Positions 39,859-52,079 of a stretch of DNA of 64,000 nucleotides are shown here, one piece after another; positions within the stretch are counted from its first letter, which is position 1, and each line of letters begins with the position of its first letter. The translations under genes were made by a program, and so were the position numbers. Source of the DNA: Camelus ferus. Its lineage: Eukaryota. The stretch lies in assembly GCF_009834535.1 (NCBI RefSeq), contig NC_045696.1:25732001-25796000 (forward strand), in the 5' to 3' direction. Below the pieces are notes generated by a model. That model worked only from the letters and a program-made list of their open reading frames with translations. It was not told the origin of the DNA and did not search any database.

Positions 39859-42800
39859 TTCAGATAATCTTCCAGTTTCCTAGGAAGCTCAAGTTTCCAT
39901 GAGGTATATCAGCTTAACTTTGAAAATCTTCTCTGGTGTATACCCAGAGTAGCTCTCTACACTAGGCTACAGTTTTTCACTAGACTGTGAACCCCTAGAG
40001 AGCATGTCTCATTCATCCCTGTCACCCAGGGTCTGGGAGAGTGTCTGGCATTCAGTAAACATTAATTTAATAAAGTAAATATACCAGTAAATCAACATAA
40101 CTTCTTACATTAAGCAAGGAGAAATGCATAAGTAAAACACTTTATGTAGCAGAAAATGAATCCTGCTTAGTTTGTAAAATGCCAGTTATCTCAAGTATAA
40201 GGCAACAATGACATAAGAAACACCATATGCTGAGTCAAAATCATTAGTTTAGTCATAACTCAGCTTCCCTCCCCTGTATCTCGTCACACCCTCTAATCAC
40301 CTGTGTTTTCAACTGGTGTTTCTTTTTTTTCTAAAGACAATATAAAAGATAAATTTCTTTTGCATTTAAATGAAAAAAAGATTAAAATAACTCTGTCAAT
40401 AGTTCCCTCACCCACCACACCTAGAAATAAAATTGGGTTATAAAATATATTTAGTTATTTAGTAGTCATTTTATTAAGTATAGGAATTATGGAATTAACT
40501 AGGAGAATGTTCCTAAAGTAGAAGAGAATATATAGACATTTCTAGATGATGGATTTACACCATCAAGCTATGTAGCCTTATACCCGCAGACAAACAGCAG
40601 TGATGAAGGTATTAAGCTTATTCAGTAGTTTTGGGGTTTGAAATGACATATGACTTAGTGACTGTTTTTGTTCTGTGGCATGTGGTGATCTGCTCTTCTC
40701 AGGAATTGGGAATGTTTTCTCTAAACTCTTTGATCCTCGCCCACTATTTTGAATTCTCTAAATAACTATTTTTTTAGTTTAGGTTTTTTTTTTTTTAATT
40801 CCTCTCTATTTTGTGGAGTTTTATCTAATTTAGTTTAATCTCTGAAAAATATCTATTTAGCTAAAAATTCAAGCAATCACTGACTCACTTTGGGAAATGA
40901 TTAGTAGAATCTATGAAGATAAAACACTTTTTCAGGGAAATGAACAAAATTGATTGGGAGCTGAGAAACATGCCTGTTATTGTTACCTATTATCTGGAGA
41001 TTTGTGATTGTGAATAGCAGCCAAATTCTTTCATGGAAAGTCTGTGTCTGGCTAACTGTGACAACAGTAGATCTGAAAGAGACCAGCTTTTGGTTACTTC
41101 AGAATTGAGCTGACCATGGATGTAATTAGCATTGAAGGGCTGTGGCTGCAGATGGCTGTAGGGACATAAACTTGGCGGAAATAATAACAGGGCTGCAACT
41201 CAGCAGTAAGTCTTCATAATTTTTAAAAAGTTTTTCTTTTGTTCTTTTTTAACTGAGAGCTCTAACCTAAGAAAAGCATAACACCTGGAGATTTGTCATA
41301 AGTGTCACTGAAATATTAATTGAGGCACTAACAGAGAATAACAACTTTTGATTTTCTTATATTCTGCAGAGATCTCTCAAATTTTAGGAACATTATCCAA
41401 AAAACAGTATTTATAACTTGAGCAATAAACTCTGTGCAGCTAAGATGTTCCTTCAATTTTTTTCTTCTGATTTATCTTGCAAACTAGAATCCAGTGAGTT
41501 CTTACTGGAAGCACTTAGAATATAACTAAAGAAGGATGTTTGTATGTTAACCTGAAAAATCTAATACAGAAGCCAATCAAACTTCTTATAGAGAACTGTC
41601 AAAATACAGAAAATACGATGAACTTACAAATTGTTCATAATCCTAACACTCAGAAAAAAACATTTTGTTTCTCTGCAGTTATATATATATAAAGAGAGAG
41701 AAAGAGAGAGAGTAGAAACTTTTTATTTGGATATTAACCTTTAGAAGTTAATAAAGTCCACATATTAACAACAGATACGTAAACTGACTGAGATCAGCAC
41801 TTTTAAAATTGTTTATTGAAAATATTGAAATATTTTAAGTAGTTTATTACAGTCCAAAAAGAGTATTTAATAGTCAATCTCCTTCTGAGTATATGAAACT
41901 TAATAAGGCCCCAATCTGTGCAAGCTTTGGTGAGAAATAAATTCTATGGCATCTGAATTTTTTTTTCATATGTTTACCACAATTTTAAATTAGAATTAAG
42001 TGCACTTTTAACACCAAGTTTGTTTGCATTAAAAATATTCATACTCGCAGATCAAAGGTTTGGAATTACGTACATCTCTGCTTTCTATAAAATAAATAAT
42101 TTACTATTAAGATTTCCTACATACCTTCTTTTATTGCTTTCCTTTGCATCTGTCATGTATTTTATATTTATGTAGACCAGAATCATCCATGTGCCTGGCT
42201 AACAACAACAAAAAAAATCACAGTCATTATATCAAAGTGAACAACAGCAACATGAAGTCCTAAATATTCTTAGATGCTGACAATTTCAAGCGTATATAAG
42301 ATAGAAGTGGCATTCTGCTCTGTCCACTCAAAGAATTCAAATTAATTTTGATACTTTATATATCTCTTACAAGAAGAACAAGTCTTATATTTTTAACACT
42401 TACTTGACTAAAAAATATCCAAAATTTCTTAGTCTTCAGAAGAATAATGTTAAACCAAGATTACTTTTACTGCACATTAAACATTACAAAGGTTAATAAA
42501 TGTCACATTACAATGGATCAGTCAATATTTAAGCCTCTTCGAAGGCAAAGTTCATGTGCTCTAGGGCAAGGGAAGAAGCATCATAAATAATTTAATTATT
42601 TCAGATCTGGAATAAGAGTATATTGAATGACTTGTAAACTGTGGGAATTATTTTTTTAAGTAGTGTCTGGACTCAGTACAGACTCCTGAGGACATTCAGC
42701 ATTTTAGAAACTGCAAATCTATAATCAGCAAACAAAACATTTTGTTTGAATTTCCAACTTCTTTTGTAAAATGTTCTTTGAATTGGAGGATGAACTGAAC

Positions 42801-43884
42801 AATCTACTTTCTGGAAACTTGTGGCACTTCTCTCTTCCACATTGCCTTGTACTGCCAGTTGCAGAAATGGAAAAAAAATAAATAAAACAGTAGCAGCAGC
42901 AGCAGCACACATTTTGCATAGACCCTTTGCCCTGAAAGCTTCCTGACAAGATTTGCTCATTTGACAGAAGAGCCGCCAATGCTGGGAAGGAGTTTTGCTT
43001 TCCATTCCTTCTTTCCAATTATCAGAGGCAGACTGGGGATTCTGAAGTTTACCACCCAGAAAGAAAAGGCTTTGGTCTCCTCCTAATTTGATTATTGACC
43101 CTGCTGGCCTTGAAATAGAGAATGGCACTAGCTAAGATAAACAGAGTGAAGAACCAAACAGAAGCGTAACAGAAGTAAGCCAAGGAATGCCTGTTTCCCT
43201 GAGACCCTTCATTTAGAGAGGAGAGCAGGTTAGTGAGCCAGCCACAGTTGATTGACTGACGAGATAAGTCACCCTGGAAATTTGAGAAAAGGAATTTAAG
43301 TGCCATTAGGGTAAACAAAAGCTTTAGGTTAAAGATTCTATGTAAAAGTTGGTTGTTTGTTTTCAGACCAATAAGAGAAAATGTGCCTATAACTTCCAAG
43401 AACCATTAACTCTGTTTCTGTCAGCTCATACTTCATCTCACCCATTAAGGATCTTCCAAAGCCAAACTGGGGACAAATTATTTTGTCTTCAAGCTACTAT
43501 TAAGTTTTTTTAGTCTTTTTTTTCCCCTTTCAATTAATTATTTGTTATTGCCCAGAAATCTTCCTAAGAAACCATGAGGGTTCTCCTGATTTTTTCTCAA
43601 ACTACATAAAAATGTCCAGGGATTGGGTTGGCATGGTTTTATATTAAATCAGATCGTCAAAGCCAAGAGGGTCTTTATACTCTGATTCTCAAGCCAGTGG
43701 AAAGGCCATGCTGCCTCCACTTCCTTCACAGCCCCCTCACAGAAGTTCATATCAAAGGCTCAGAGGTGGGGAGGAAATGATGATTATTTGAAAAATCATT
43801 TTTAACACACCTATTTTCCCATAAACCAAGCAACCAAAATTAAAGTTCATCAAAACCTAAAGAGCAGATAAATGGAGAAATCCT

Positions 43885-44125
43885 TAAAAGGGACATAGGA
43901 TTGTTAAAGAAAATTTGAGAGATGATCCTGTTTAATTCCTTCACAGTTGATGGAAGAAGAGGTCATATGGTCCAGACAGGTGAAGTGACTTCCTAAAGGT
44001 AACCCAGTTAGTCAATGACGGAGCTAAGACAAAAGCATAGATCACTATGCTGTACACCAGAAACTAACACAACATTGTAAATCAACTAAACTTCAATTAA
44101 AAAAAAAAAAGGTCATCTGACCCAG
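43885..44125 (-). mobile_element. MIR fragment interrupted by a short L1 tail
   Basis: CAGACAGGTGAAGTGACTTCCTAAAGGTAACCCAGTTAGT. Confidence 0.65.
44041..44110 (+). mobile_element. Severely 5'-truncated L1 3' tail with poly(A)
   Basis: TATGCTGTACACCAGAAACTAACACAACATTGTAAATCAACT...TTCAATT followed by an A run. Confidence 0.88.
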
Positions 44126-44229
44126 TGGGAACACTTGATTGAGATGCTGCATTTGTAACCGAATTCATTGTTTCTGTGAGTTAATTTTTTAATAACTTAA
44201 CATGAGAATCCTTTCCTTGCTGTGTATAG

Positions 44230-44475
44230 TGTATTAATTTCCTATTGCTGATACAACAAATTACTGCAAATTTAGTGCTCTGAGATGACAGAAATTTAGT
44301 ATATTACTGTTCTGGAGGTCAGAAGTCCAAGATGGGTTTTTAAATACTAAAGCCAGATTGTCAGCAAAGCTTCATTTATTCTGGAGACCCTAGAGGAGGA
44401 TCCATCCCTTGCCTTTTCCAGTTTCAGAGGTCACTTGCATTTGTCAGCTTACAGCCATCTCACTGTGAACTCTGC
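44230..44475 (-). mobile_element. MLT1C/D-like MaLR LTR fragment
   Basis: TGTATTAATTTCCTATTGCTG...GTTCTGGAGGTCAGAAGTCCAA...CTTGCCTTTTCCAG. Confidence 0.85.
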
Positions 44476-46262
44476 AAAATAAATGCCCAAGTATTCAATG
44501 GAATAAGACCCTAAACAGAAAAATTACATACAGAAGGTAAGACTCCCCAAAACCTTGCTATTTCACTGCATGTAGAAATTGCTAACCCTTTCTTCTAGAA
44601 CAACAAATTTAGACAAAGTATAAATAATTGCTATTTGATATCCTATAATGTTATTAAATGGATTCCTACAAGATACTACCATTTTAAAAAACATTTCAGA
44701 CCTAGAAAAATTCTTCCAAATCCTAAGTAAAAGAATATTTTATATTTTCTACAAAAGTGAAAAAAAAACCCTAAACATTGTCTTGTTTTCCAAGATTCTC
44801 AAGTTACACAAATATTTTATACATGAGTATGTAACATAAAATAGTATTATTTTATTGGTATTTGAAAGTCAGAGCATCTAATAACAGTAGCACAGAACAG
44901 GAATTGTAATAATGAAGTTCCTCTGCATAGACTAGCTTAATGTTAGCTTAAAGGTTTTCTTTAGAAATATTCTGGTTCTGGTCAAAGATGGTAGTTTGAA
45001 TTATATGCAAACAATACACGCCTAAATTCATTTTTCTTTCAGTATCCTAATAATATGTTATTAGGCCAGAAATCAAGCCTAATTCATTTTGTATTCTGTG
45101 CTCCAAGGCCATGTAGAAGTTTTGGAATACTGAACAGTCAAGAGAAAAAGAAACAAACGTTTTAGAACAGTGAGGCTGCAGGAGTAACGGAGACCAACAG
45201 ACATCTACTAGCTGATGCACATCCCTAAAGCCTTTTTATTCCTGGTATGAAGTAACTTAGGAGGTAGGCTTGATTTGTTTTTAACCACTCTTTTCTACTT
45301 TATATCTTCAAAAGTTTTATGACACACAATAGATTTTCTATAACTATCTGGTGTCTTAGGTCCAGCTGCCATAGCAAAATCCCATAGATGGGGTGGTGTA
45401 AACAATAAAAATTTATTTTATTATAGTTCTGGAGGCAGGGAATCTGAGATCAGAGTGGCAGCATGGTCAGGTTCTGGTGAGAGCTCTCTTCCTGGCTTGC
45501 AGATGGCCATCTTTCCCTGTGTGCTCACATGGTCTTTCCTTGTTGTGTACACAGGGAGAGAGAGTGTGATCTCTCTTTTCCTCTTCTTATATAGCCACTA
45601 ATCCCATTGGATTAAGACCATACCCTTATGACCTCATTTAACCTTAATTACCTCTTAAAAGTCACATTGAGGGCTAGGGATCCAACATACAGATTTTAGG
45701 TGAGAATTTAATTCATAATATTCCATCTCTAACCCCCAAATTCATGTCCTTCTCACATATAAATAAAACACATTCATTCTAACCTAATAGTCCCACAAAT
45801 CTTAACTAATTGCAGCATCATCTCTAAAATCTAAAGCCCAAAGTCTCATCTAGATATCTAAGTCAGATATGAGTGAGACCAGAGGTATGACTCATCTTGA
45901 GGCAAAATGCCTCTCCACCTGTAAACCCATGGAACCAGAGAAGTGGTTACTTCCAAAATCACAGTGATGGGACAGACCTAGATTAGACATTTAGGTCAAA
46001 AGGGAAAAAGAAGTGGCAAGTCCCAAGTAAGTTCAAAAAGTAGCAAAGCAAATTTCATTAGATAGTAAAGCTCAACAATAACCTTCTTTGATTGGATACT
46101 CTGCCCTCTCAGGCCCACTGAGGCTGCAGCATCGTCCCCTAACTGTAGGTTGAGGTCTCACTCCTGCAGCTCTGCCAGAGTCTGGCCTGTTGAAACCAAG
46201 GAGGTGGCCTTGATGAACTCTGAATCACCTTCAGGGTCATTTTTTCACTTATTTAAGAATAG

Positions 46263-47220
46263 GTAAAAGACCTAAACAGGCAGTTCTGCAATGAAAACAT
46301 ACAAATAGCCAATAGGCACATGAAAGAATGCTCAATATCACTAATTATCAGAGAAATGCAAATCAAAGGTACAATGAGGTATCACCTCACACCAGTCAGA
46401 ATGGCCACCATTCAAAGTCCACAAATGGTAAATGCTGGAGAGGGTGTGGAGAAAAGGGAACCCTCCTACACTGCTGGTGGGAAAGAAGTTTGGTGTAACC
46501 ATTATGGAAAACAGTATGACGATTCCTCAAAAGACTAAAAATAGACTTACCATATGATACAGCAATCCCACTCCTGGGCATATATGCAGAGGGAACCTTA
46601 ATTCAAAAATATGCATGCACCCCAATGTTCATAGCACCACTATTTACAATAGACAAGACATGGAAACAACCTAACTGTCCATCGACAGATGACTGGATAA
46701 AGAAGAGGTGGTATATTTATACAATGGAATACTACTCAACCATAAAAAATAATAAAATAATGCCATTTGCAGCAACATGGATAGCCCTGGAGATTGTCAT
46801 TCTAAGTGAAGTAAGCCAGAAGGAGAAAGAAAAATACTATATGATATCACTTATATGTGGAACGTAAAAAAGGGGACAAACAAACTTGTTTACAAAACAA
46901 AAACAGACTCACAGACATAGGAAACAAAGTTACAGTTACTGGAGGTGTGGGGACAGGAATAAATTGGGAGTTCAAGATTTGCAGATACTAACTAATATAT
47001 ATATAAAATAGATAAATAACAAGTTCATACTGTATAGCACAGGGAACTATATTCAATATCTTGTAGTAACTTATGGTGAAAAACAATATGGAAACAAATA
47101 TATATATGTACATGTATGACTGAAGCATTATGCTGTACACCAGAAACTGACACAACATTGTAAACTGACTATACTGTTATAAAAATATATGTATTTTTAA
47201 AAAGTAAAAAAAAAAAATAA
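46263..47220 (+). mobile_element. 5'-truncated young LINE-1 (ORF2 C-terminus, 3' UTR, poly(A))
   Basis: ORFs 46320..46538 ([21 protein letters not shown]) and 46625..46867 (WYIYTMEYY) are the L1 ORF2 C-terminus. TSD AAGAATAG at 46255-46262 and 47221-47228. Confidence 0.97.
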
Positions 47221-47652
47221 AAGAATAGAGCACATTCACAGCCAAATAGGTTTACTGTTTTGTCCCTCAAATCCAAGAAATCCAACAACCTTCCTTCATT
47301 TTGTCCCACCTTCAGTTTAAATTAGCTCTTTATCAAGTATAATTTTATAAGCTGTTTGTCAAGTGCTAGTCTAACCATACTCTTGGTGTTTACTTCACAA
47401 CATGCTTTCTCATTTTTTTGATAATATAGGTAAATTAAGAATTTTCTAAATCTTCAAGTTCTGGTTCTTTTTCGCTTAATAAATTCTCTCTCAATTCACT
47501 TCTCTCCTTTCACAGTTTACTATAAGCAGCCATCAGGAACCTAGCTGCTGCTTCAACACTTTGCTTAGAAATCTCCTACAGTTTTTAGATTTTTTTGTTA
47601 TACCAGCACCTCACTTCTCAGTACCAAATGTATTTTAGTCTGTTTTGGCTGC

Positions 47653-48146
47653 TATAGGAGAGAAAAAATTTTCCTCTACCCTTCAAGGTCTCTTTTTTTT
47701 TTTTTTTTTTTTTTTTTTGCTGGTCTAAAAATTAAATTGACATAAAACAGATCAACAGGAGGAAACTGTCAAATTTAATTTTGTATATACGACAACCCCA
47801 AAGATATGAGGCTCAAAGAAGTGACCAAAACAGACAGCTCTTATATCTTTAAATGATTATTTTTGAGGACTTGACAAAAGGAGGGGTTTTTTGCTTGAGG
47901 TAACAAACTAATAAAAAACCAACAAAGTTTGTTTATACAGCCTTGACTTCCCTGTCTCTGGCAATAAAAAGCCTCCTAGCCTTCTGGTATAGGGAGGATA
48001 CTTTCAGATGGGAAATTTATTTCCTGCTTTCAAGAGGACAAAAGAGGGTCAGAGAGTTCTTGTACTATTTCCCCAGTAACTTTAATTCAAAATAATCAAT
48101 ATGTCAAAGTGGCATATTTTGGGGTGGATTGCCCTGAACCCCATCA
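47653..48146 (-). mobile_element. MER34-like ERV1 solo LTR
   Basis: Ends AAAATAATCAATATGTCAAAGTGGCATATTTTGGGGTGG...CTGAACCCCATCA. Near-perfect 4-bp TSD CTGC/CTGT. Contains an internal poly(T) run. Confidence 0.85.
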
Positions 48147-48705
48147 CTGTCATGTCAAAATATCATAAACTGGTATTAGTTTAAACAACAGAAATTTGTT
48201 TTCTCATACTTTGGGAGGCTGAAAGTCCGAGATCAGGGTTACCAGCATGGTTAGATTCTAGTGAGAGCTCTCTTTCTAGCTTGAAAACAAACACCTTCTC
48301 GACGTGTTCCCATAGGCTTTCCTCAGTGTATCTGAGTGGGAAGAAAGAGAGAGAACTTTCTCTTTCTCTTTTTAGAAGGTCACTAATCCTACCAGATTAG
48401 GATCCCACCTCCATGACCTTATTTACTCTTAATTACCTCCTAAAAGCCCAGTCTCTAAACACAGTCACACTGGGGGTGAGGATTTCAATATATGAACTTT
48501 GACAGGACACAGTTCAGTCCAGAGCATCCTATCCTCATGATTCATGGAACTCTTTATACATTTCTTTAGGGAGCCTTCAAGAAATCTTATAAGAGATGGA
48601 TACAGAAGTAAATGAAAGAAAAATTTTAACTCTGGCTGACAGTAATTTTACTAAAGCATTTTTAACAACTGGGGCTTGGGAAAAGTTGCTTAAGCAGCTA
48701 GTCTA

Positions 48706-48755
48706 TAAAATAAAATAAAATAAAATAAAATAAAATAAAATAAAATAAAATAAAA
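48706..48755. repeat. (TAAAA)10 pentanucleotide repeat
   Basis: Read directly from the sequence. Confidence 0.97.
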
Positions 48756-49549
48756 ATTGATAGAAAGGAGATTTATTCATTATTCTCTCTTAATGACTAT
48801 CCAAAGGAATAGAAAAAGCAAAATCTCTTTCATTAAAATTTATTCATTTAATTCTAATAGTATATAATTGGCTTACAATGAAAAGGATTAGGCTCTTTTT
48901 TAATATTTCCCATGGAAATAAGTATAAAATAAAAGAAACGAGATCTGATCTTTGTTTTATATTAAATAAAATTTCGAGCATTGATAGAATGTAACACTGA
49001 ATAACAAAATCTGAGCTAAGAACAATATTAAAAAGTTTAAACCAAAATTACCAAGTAAAATTTTGCCAGCTACCTCTGTTTTTTTTTTTTTATTCCCTTA
49101 TGCAGCAGGGAGGAGAAACTTCTTGTAATTGGGGAATGAGTCTAGGACTTCATTCTACACAATGACTGCTTATCCAGATACCCACAGATACTATAAAAAT
49201 AGAAATGAGGCTGAAAAAAAATATGGTTATCAGTATGGTTTTTAAAATATTTAAAAAACAGGAATTAATGTATTCAGCTGGAATAATAAAAATGTAAGGG
49301 GGAATAATTCAATAATATTCGTAATGTAAAGCTAGTTCATTTAAAATGTAAATTTCAATTGAACCAAACCTCAAGATTTATTCAGCAAAAGTCCCTCAGG
49401 TGATTCCTCTAGTTCTACTTTTATGTAAACTTCCGTTGCTCTATTGAATTTCCCTGCCATTTCTAATTGACCCTTTTATACTGGAAGTGCAGTCAAAGGA
49501 AATGTGCAGGAAAGAGGAGAAAAATCATGTATTAATTTTTAAACCAGTA

Positions 49550-51906
49550 CAGGCATATCTCATTTCATTGTGCTTCACTTTTTGTGCTTCACAGATACTG
49601 TGGTTTTTTTTTTTTTAATTGAAGGTTTATTGGCACCATTTTTCCAACAGCATTTGCTCACTTTGTGTCTCTATGTCACATTTTTGTAATTCTTGTAATA
49701 TTTCAAACTTTTCCAGTGTTATTGTATTTACTATAGTGATCTGTGATCAGTGATCTCTGATGTTACTATTATCATTGTTTTAGGACACACAAGTTGCACC
49801 CATATAAGGCAGTGGGTGAACTTAATAGATAAATGTTGTGTCTGTTCTGACTGCTCCACCCACCAGCCCTTCCCCATCTCTCTCCCTCACCTCAGGCCTT
49901 CCATTTCCCTGAGGCACAAAATTAAAATTAGATCAACTAATAACCTTACAATGGCCTCTAAGTTTCAAGTGAAAGAAAAAGTCTCCTGTCTATCACTTTA
50001 AATCAAAAGATAGAAGTGATTAAGCTTCTTGAGGAAGGCATGTTGGAAGCCATGACAGGCTGAAAGCTTGGCTTCTTACACCAAACCATTAGCCAAGCTG
50101 TGAACGCAAAGGAGAAGCTCTTGAAGAAAATTAAAAGTGCTACTCCTCTGAACACAAATGATCAGAAAACAAAACAGCCTTATTGACACAGAGAAGATTT
50201 TAGTGATCTGGTTAGAAGGTCAAAGCACCCACAATATTCCATTAAAACAAAGCCTAATCCAGAGCAAGGTCCTAAATCTCTTCAATTCTCTGATGGCTGA
50301 GAATGGTAAGGAAGCGCAGAAGAAAAGTTTAAAGGTAGCAGAGGTAGGTTCGTAAGGTTAAGGAAGCAGTCTCCATAACAGAGAAGTACAGGTGAAGCAG
50401 CAAATGCTGATGCAGAAGCTGCAGCAAGGTACCCGGAAGACACAGCTAAGATACTTAATGAAGGTGGCTACACTAAACAACAGATTCTCGATAGAGATGA
50501 AACAGTCATACTGGAAGAAGTTGCCATCTAGGACTGTTATAGCTGGAAAGAAGTCAATGCCTGCCTTCCAAGCTTCAGAGGACAGGCTGACTCTTGTTAG
50601 GGGCTAATAGAGTTGGTGACTTTAAAGTGAAGTCAATCCTCACTTACCATTTAAAAAATCCTAGGGCTCTTAAGAATTATGCTAAATCTATTCTGCCGGT
50701 GCTCTACAAATGGAACAACATAGCCTGGATGATGGAACATCCATTTAAAACATGGTTTACTAAATATTTTAAGCCCACTCTTGAAATCTGATGCTCAGAA
50801 AAAAATAAATCATAATACCTTTTATGACTGCTCATTGACAATGCACCTGGTCACCCAAGGGTTCTGCTGGAAATGTGCAATGAGATTCATGTTGTTTTCA
50901 TGCCTGCTACCACAACATCTATTCTTCAGCCCATGGATCAAAGAGTAATTTTGATTTTCAACTCTTACTATTTAAGAAATGCATTTCATAAGACTATAGC
51001 TGACATAGATAGTGATTCCTCTGATGGATCTCTGCAAAGCAAATTAAAAACCTTCTGGAAAGTATTCACCATTCTAGATGCCATTAAAGCATTTGTGATT
51101 CATGGGAAGAGGTCCAAATGTCAACATTAACAGGAGTTTGGAAGAAGTTAATTCCAACCCTCATAGATGACTGGGGGGTTCAAGACTTTAGTGGAGAAAG
51201 TAACTGCAGATGTGATGAAAATAGCAGGAGAACTAGAATTAGAAGTGGAGCCTGAAGATGTGACTGGATTGCTGCTATCTCATGGTAAAATTTTAATGAA
51301 TGAGTTGCTTTTTATGAATGAGCAAAGAAGTGGTTTCTTAAGGTAGAATCTATTCCTGGTAAAGATTCTATAAAGATTATGGAAATGACAAAGAATTTAG
51401 AATATTACATAAACTTCGTTGATAAAGCAGCAGCAGGTTTTGAAAGGATCAACTCCAATTTTGAAAGAAGTTCTTCTGTAGGTAAATGCTATCAAACAGC
51501 ATTGCATGCCACAGAGAAATCATTTATGAAAGGGTCATTCAATGCAGCAGACTTTATTGTTGTCTTATTTTAAGAAATTTTCACAGTGACCCCAATCTTC
51601 AGCAACCACTACCCTAATCAGTCAACAGCCATTAACACTGAGGCAAGACCCTCCACCAGCAAACAGATTATGACTGATGGAAGGCTCAGATGATTGTTAG
51701 CACATTTAAGCAATAATCATTTTTTAAATTAAGGTATAATCATTTTCAGGCATAATGTTATTGCACATTATACACTACAATATCATGTAAACATAACTTT
51801 TATATGAACTGGGGAACCAAAAAATTCCTGTGATTTAACTTATTGTGATATTTGCATTATTGTGATGGTCTAGATCCAAACCCGCAATATCTCTGAGGTA
51901 GGCTTG
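49550..51906 (+). mobile_element. Near full-length Tigger1 DNA transposon
   Basis: TA|CAGGCATATCTC at the left end, GAGGTAGGCTTG at the right end (degenerate TIRs), about 2.36 kb, with transposase remnants inside. Confidence 0.96.
49951..51575 (+). pseudogene. Disrupted Tigger1 pogo-family DDE transposase
   Basis: Start MASK, with fragments [30 protein letters not shown] and [10 protein letters not shown] in different frames. In-frame TGA at 50061 and an early frameshift. The end coordinate is approximate. Confidence 0.92.
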
Positions 51907-51926
51907 TGTCTATGTGGTGCTTTCTA

Positions 51927-52079
51927 CAATGCTTCTAAAACTTGAATGTGTGTTTGGATCACCTAGAATCTTGTTAAAGTGAAACTTCTGATTTAGAAGG
52001 CCTGGGGTAGAGGTCTAAGAATCTGAATTTTAACAAGCTCCCTGGTGAGGCCCATGGGACATCACTTTGATTATCAAAG
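51927..52079. mobile_element. MER5A hAT-Charlie element
   Basis: ATCACCTAGAATCTTGTTAAA...AGAATCTGAATTTTAACAAGCTCCCTGGTGA. Confidence 0.85.

Larger units (their letters stand above)
45352..48526 (-). mobile_element. MaLR provirus, MLT1A-like: LTR 45352-45720, internal region about 45721-47628, LTR about 47629-48526 (split)
   Basis: Two same-orientation LTRs share GAGATCAG..CAGCATGG..TTCT.GTGAGAGCTCTCTT and ATGACCT.ATTTA..CTTAATTACCTC. Internal MaLR motifs include CCCCAAATTCATGTCCTTCTCACAT and CACTTCTCAGTACCAA. Confidence 0.88.

Noticed and set aside
46320..46867. ORFs as a host gene
   Set aside because: They are broken L1 ORF2 C-terminal fragments and their antisense frame within a 5'-truncated insertion.
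45347..48531. 5-bp TSD for the MaLR provirus
   Set aside because: The flanks TCTGG and TCCTA match too poorly to call.
49750..51573. Cluster of + strand ORFs as a TIGD1-like gene
   Set aside because: They are frameshifted, stop-containing pieces of the Tigger1 transposase lying inside its TIRs.
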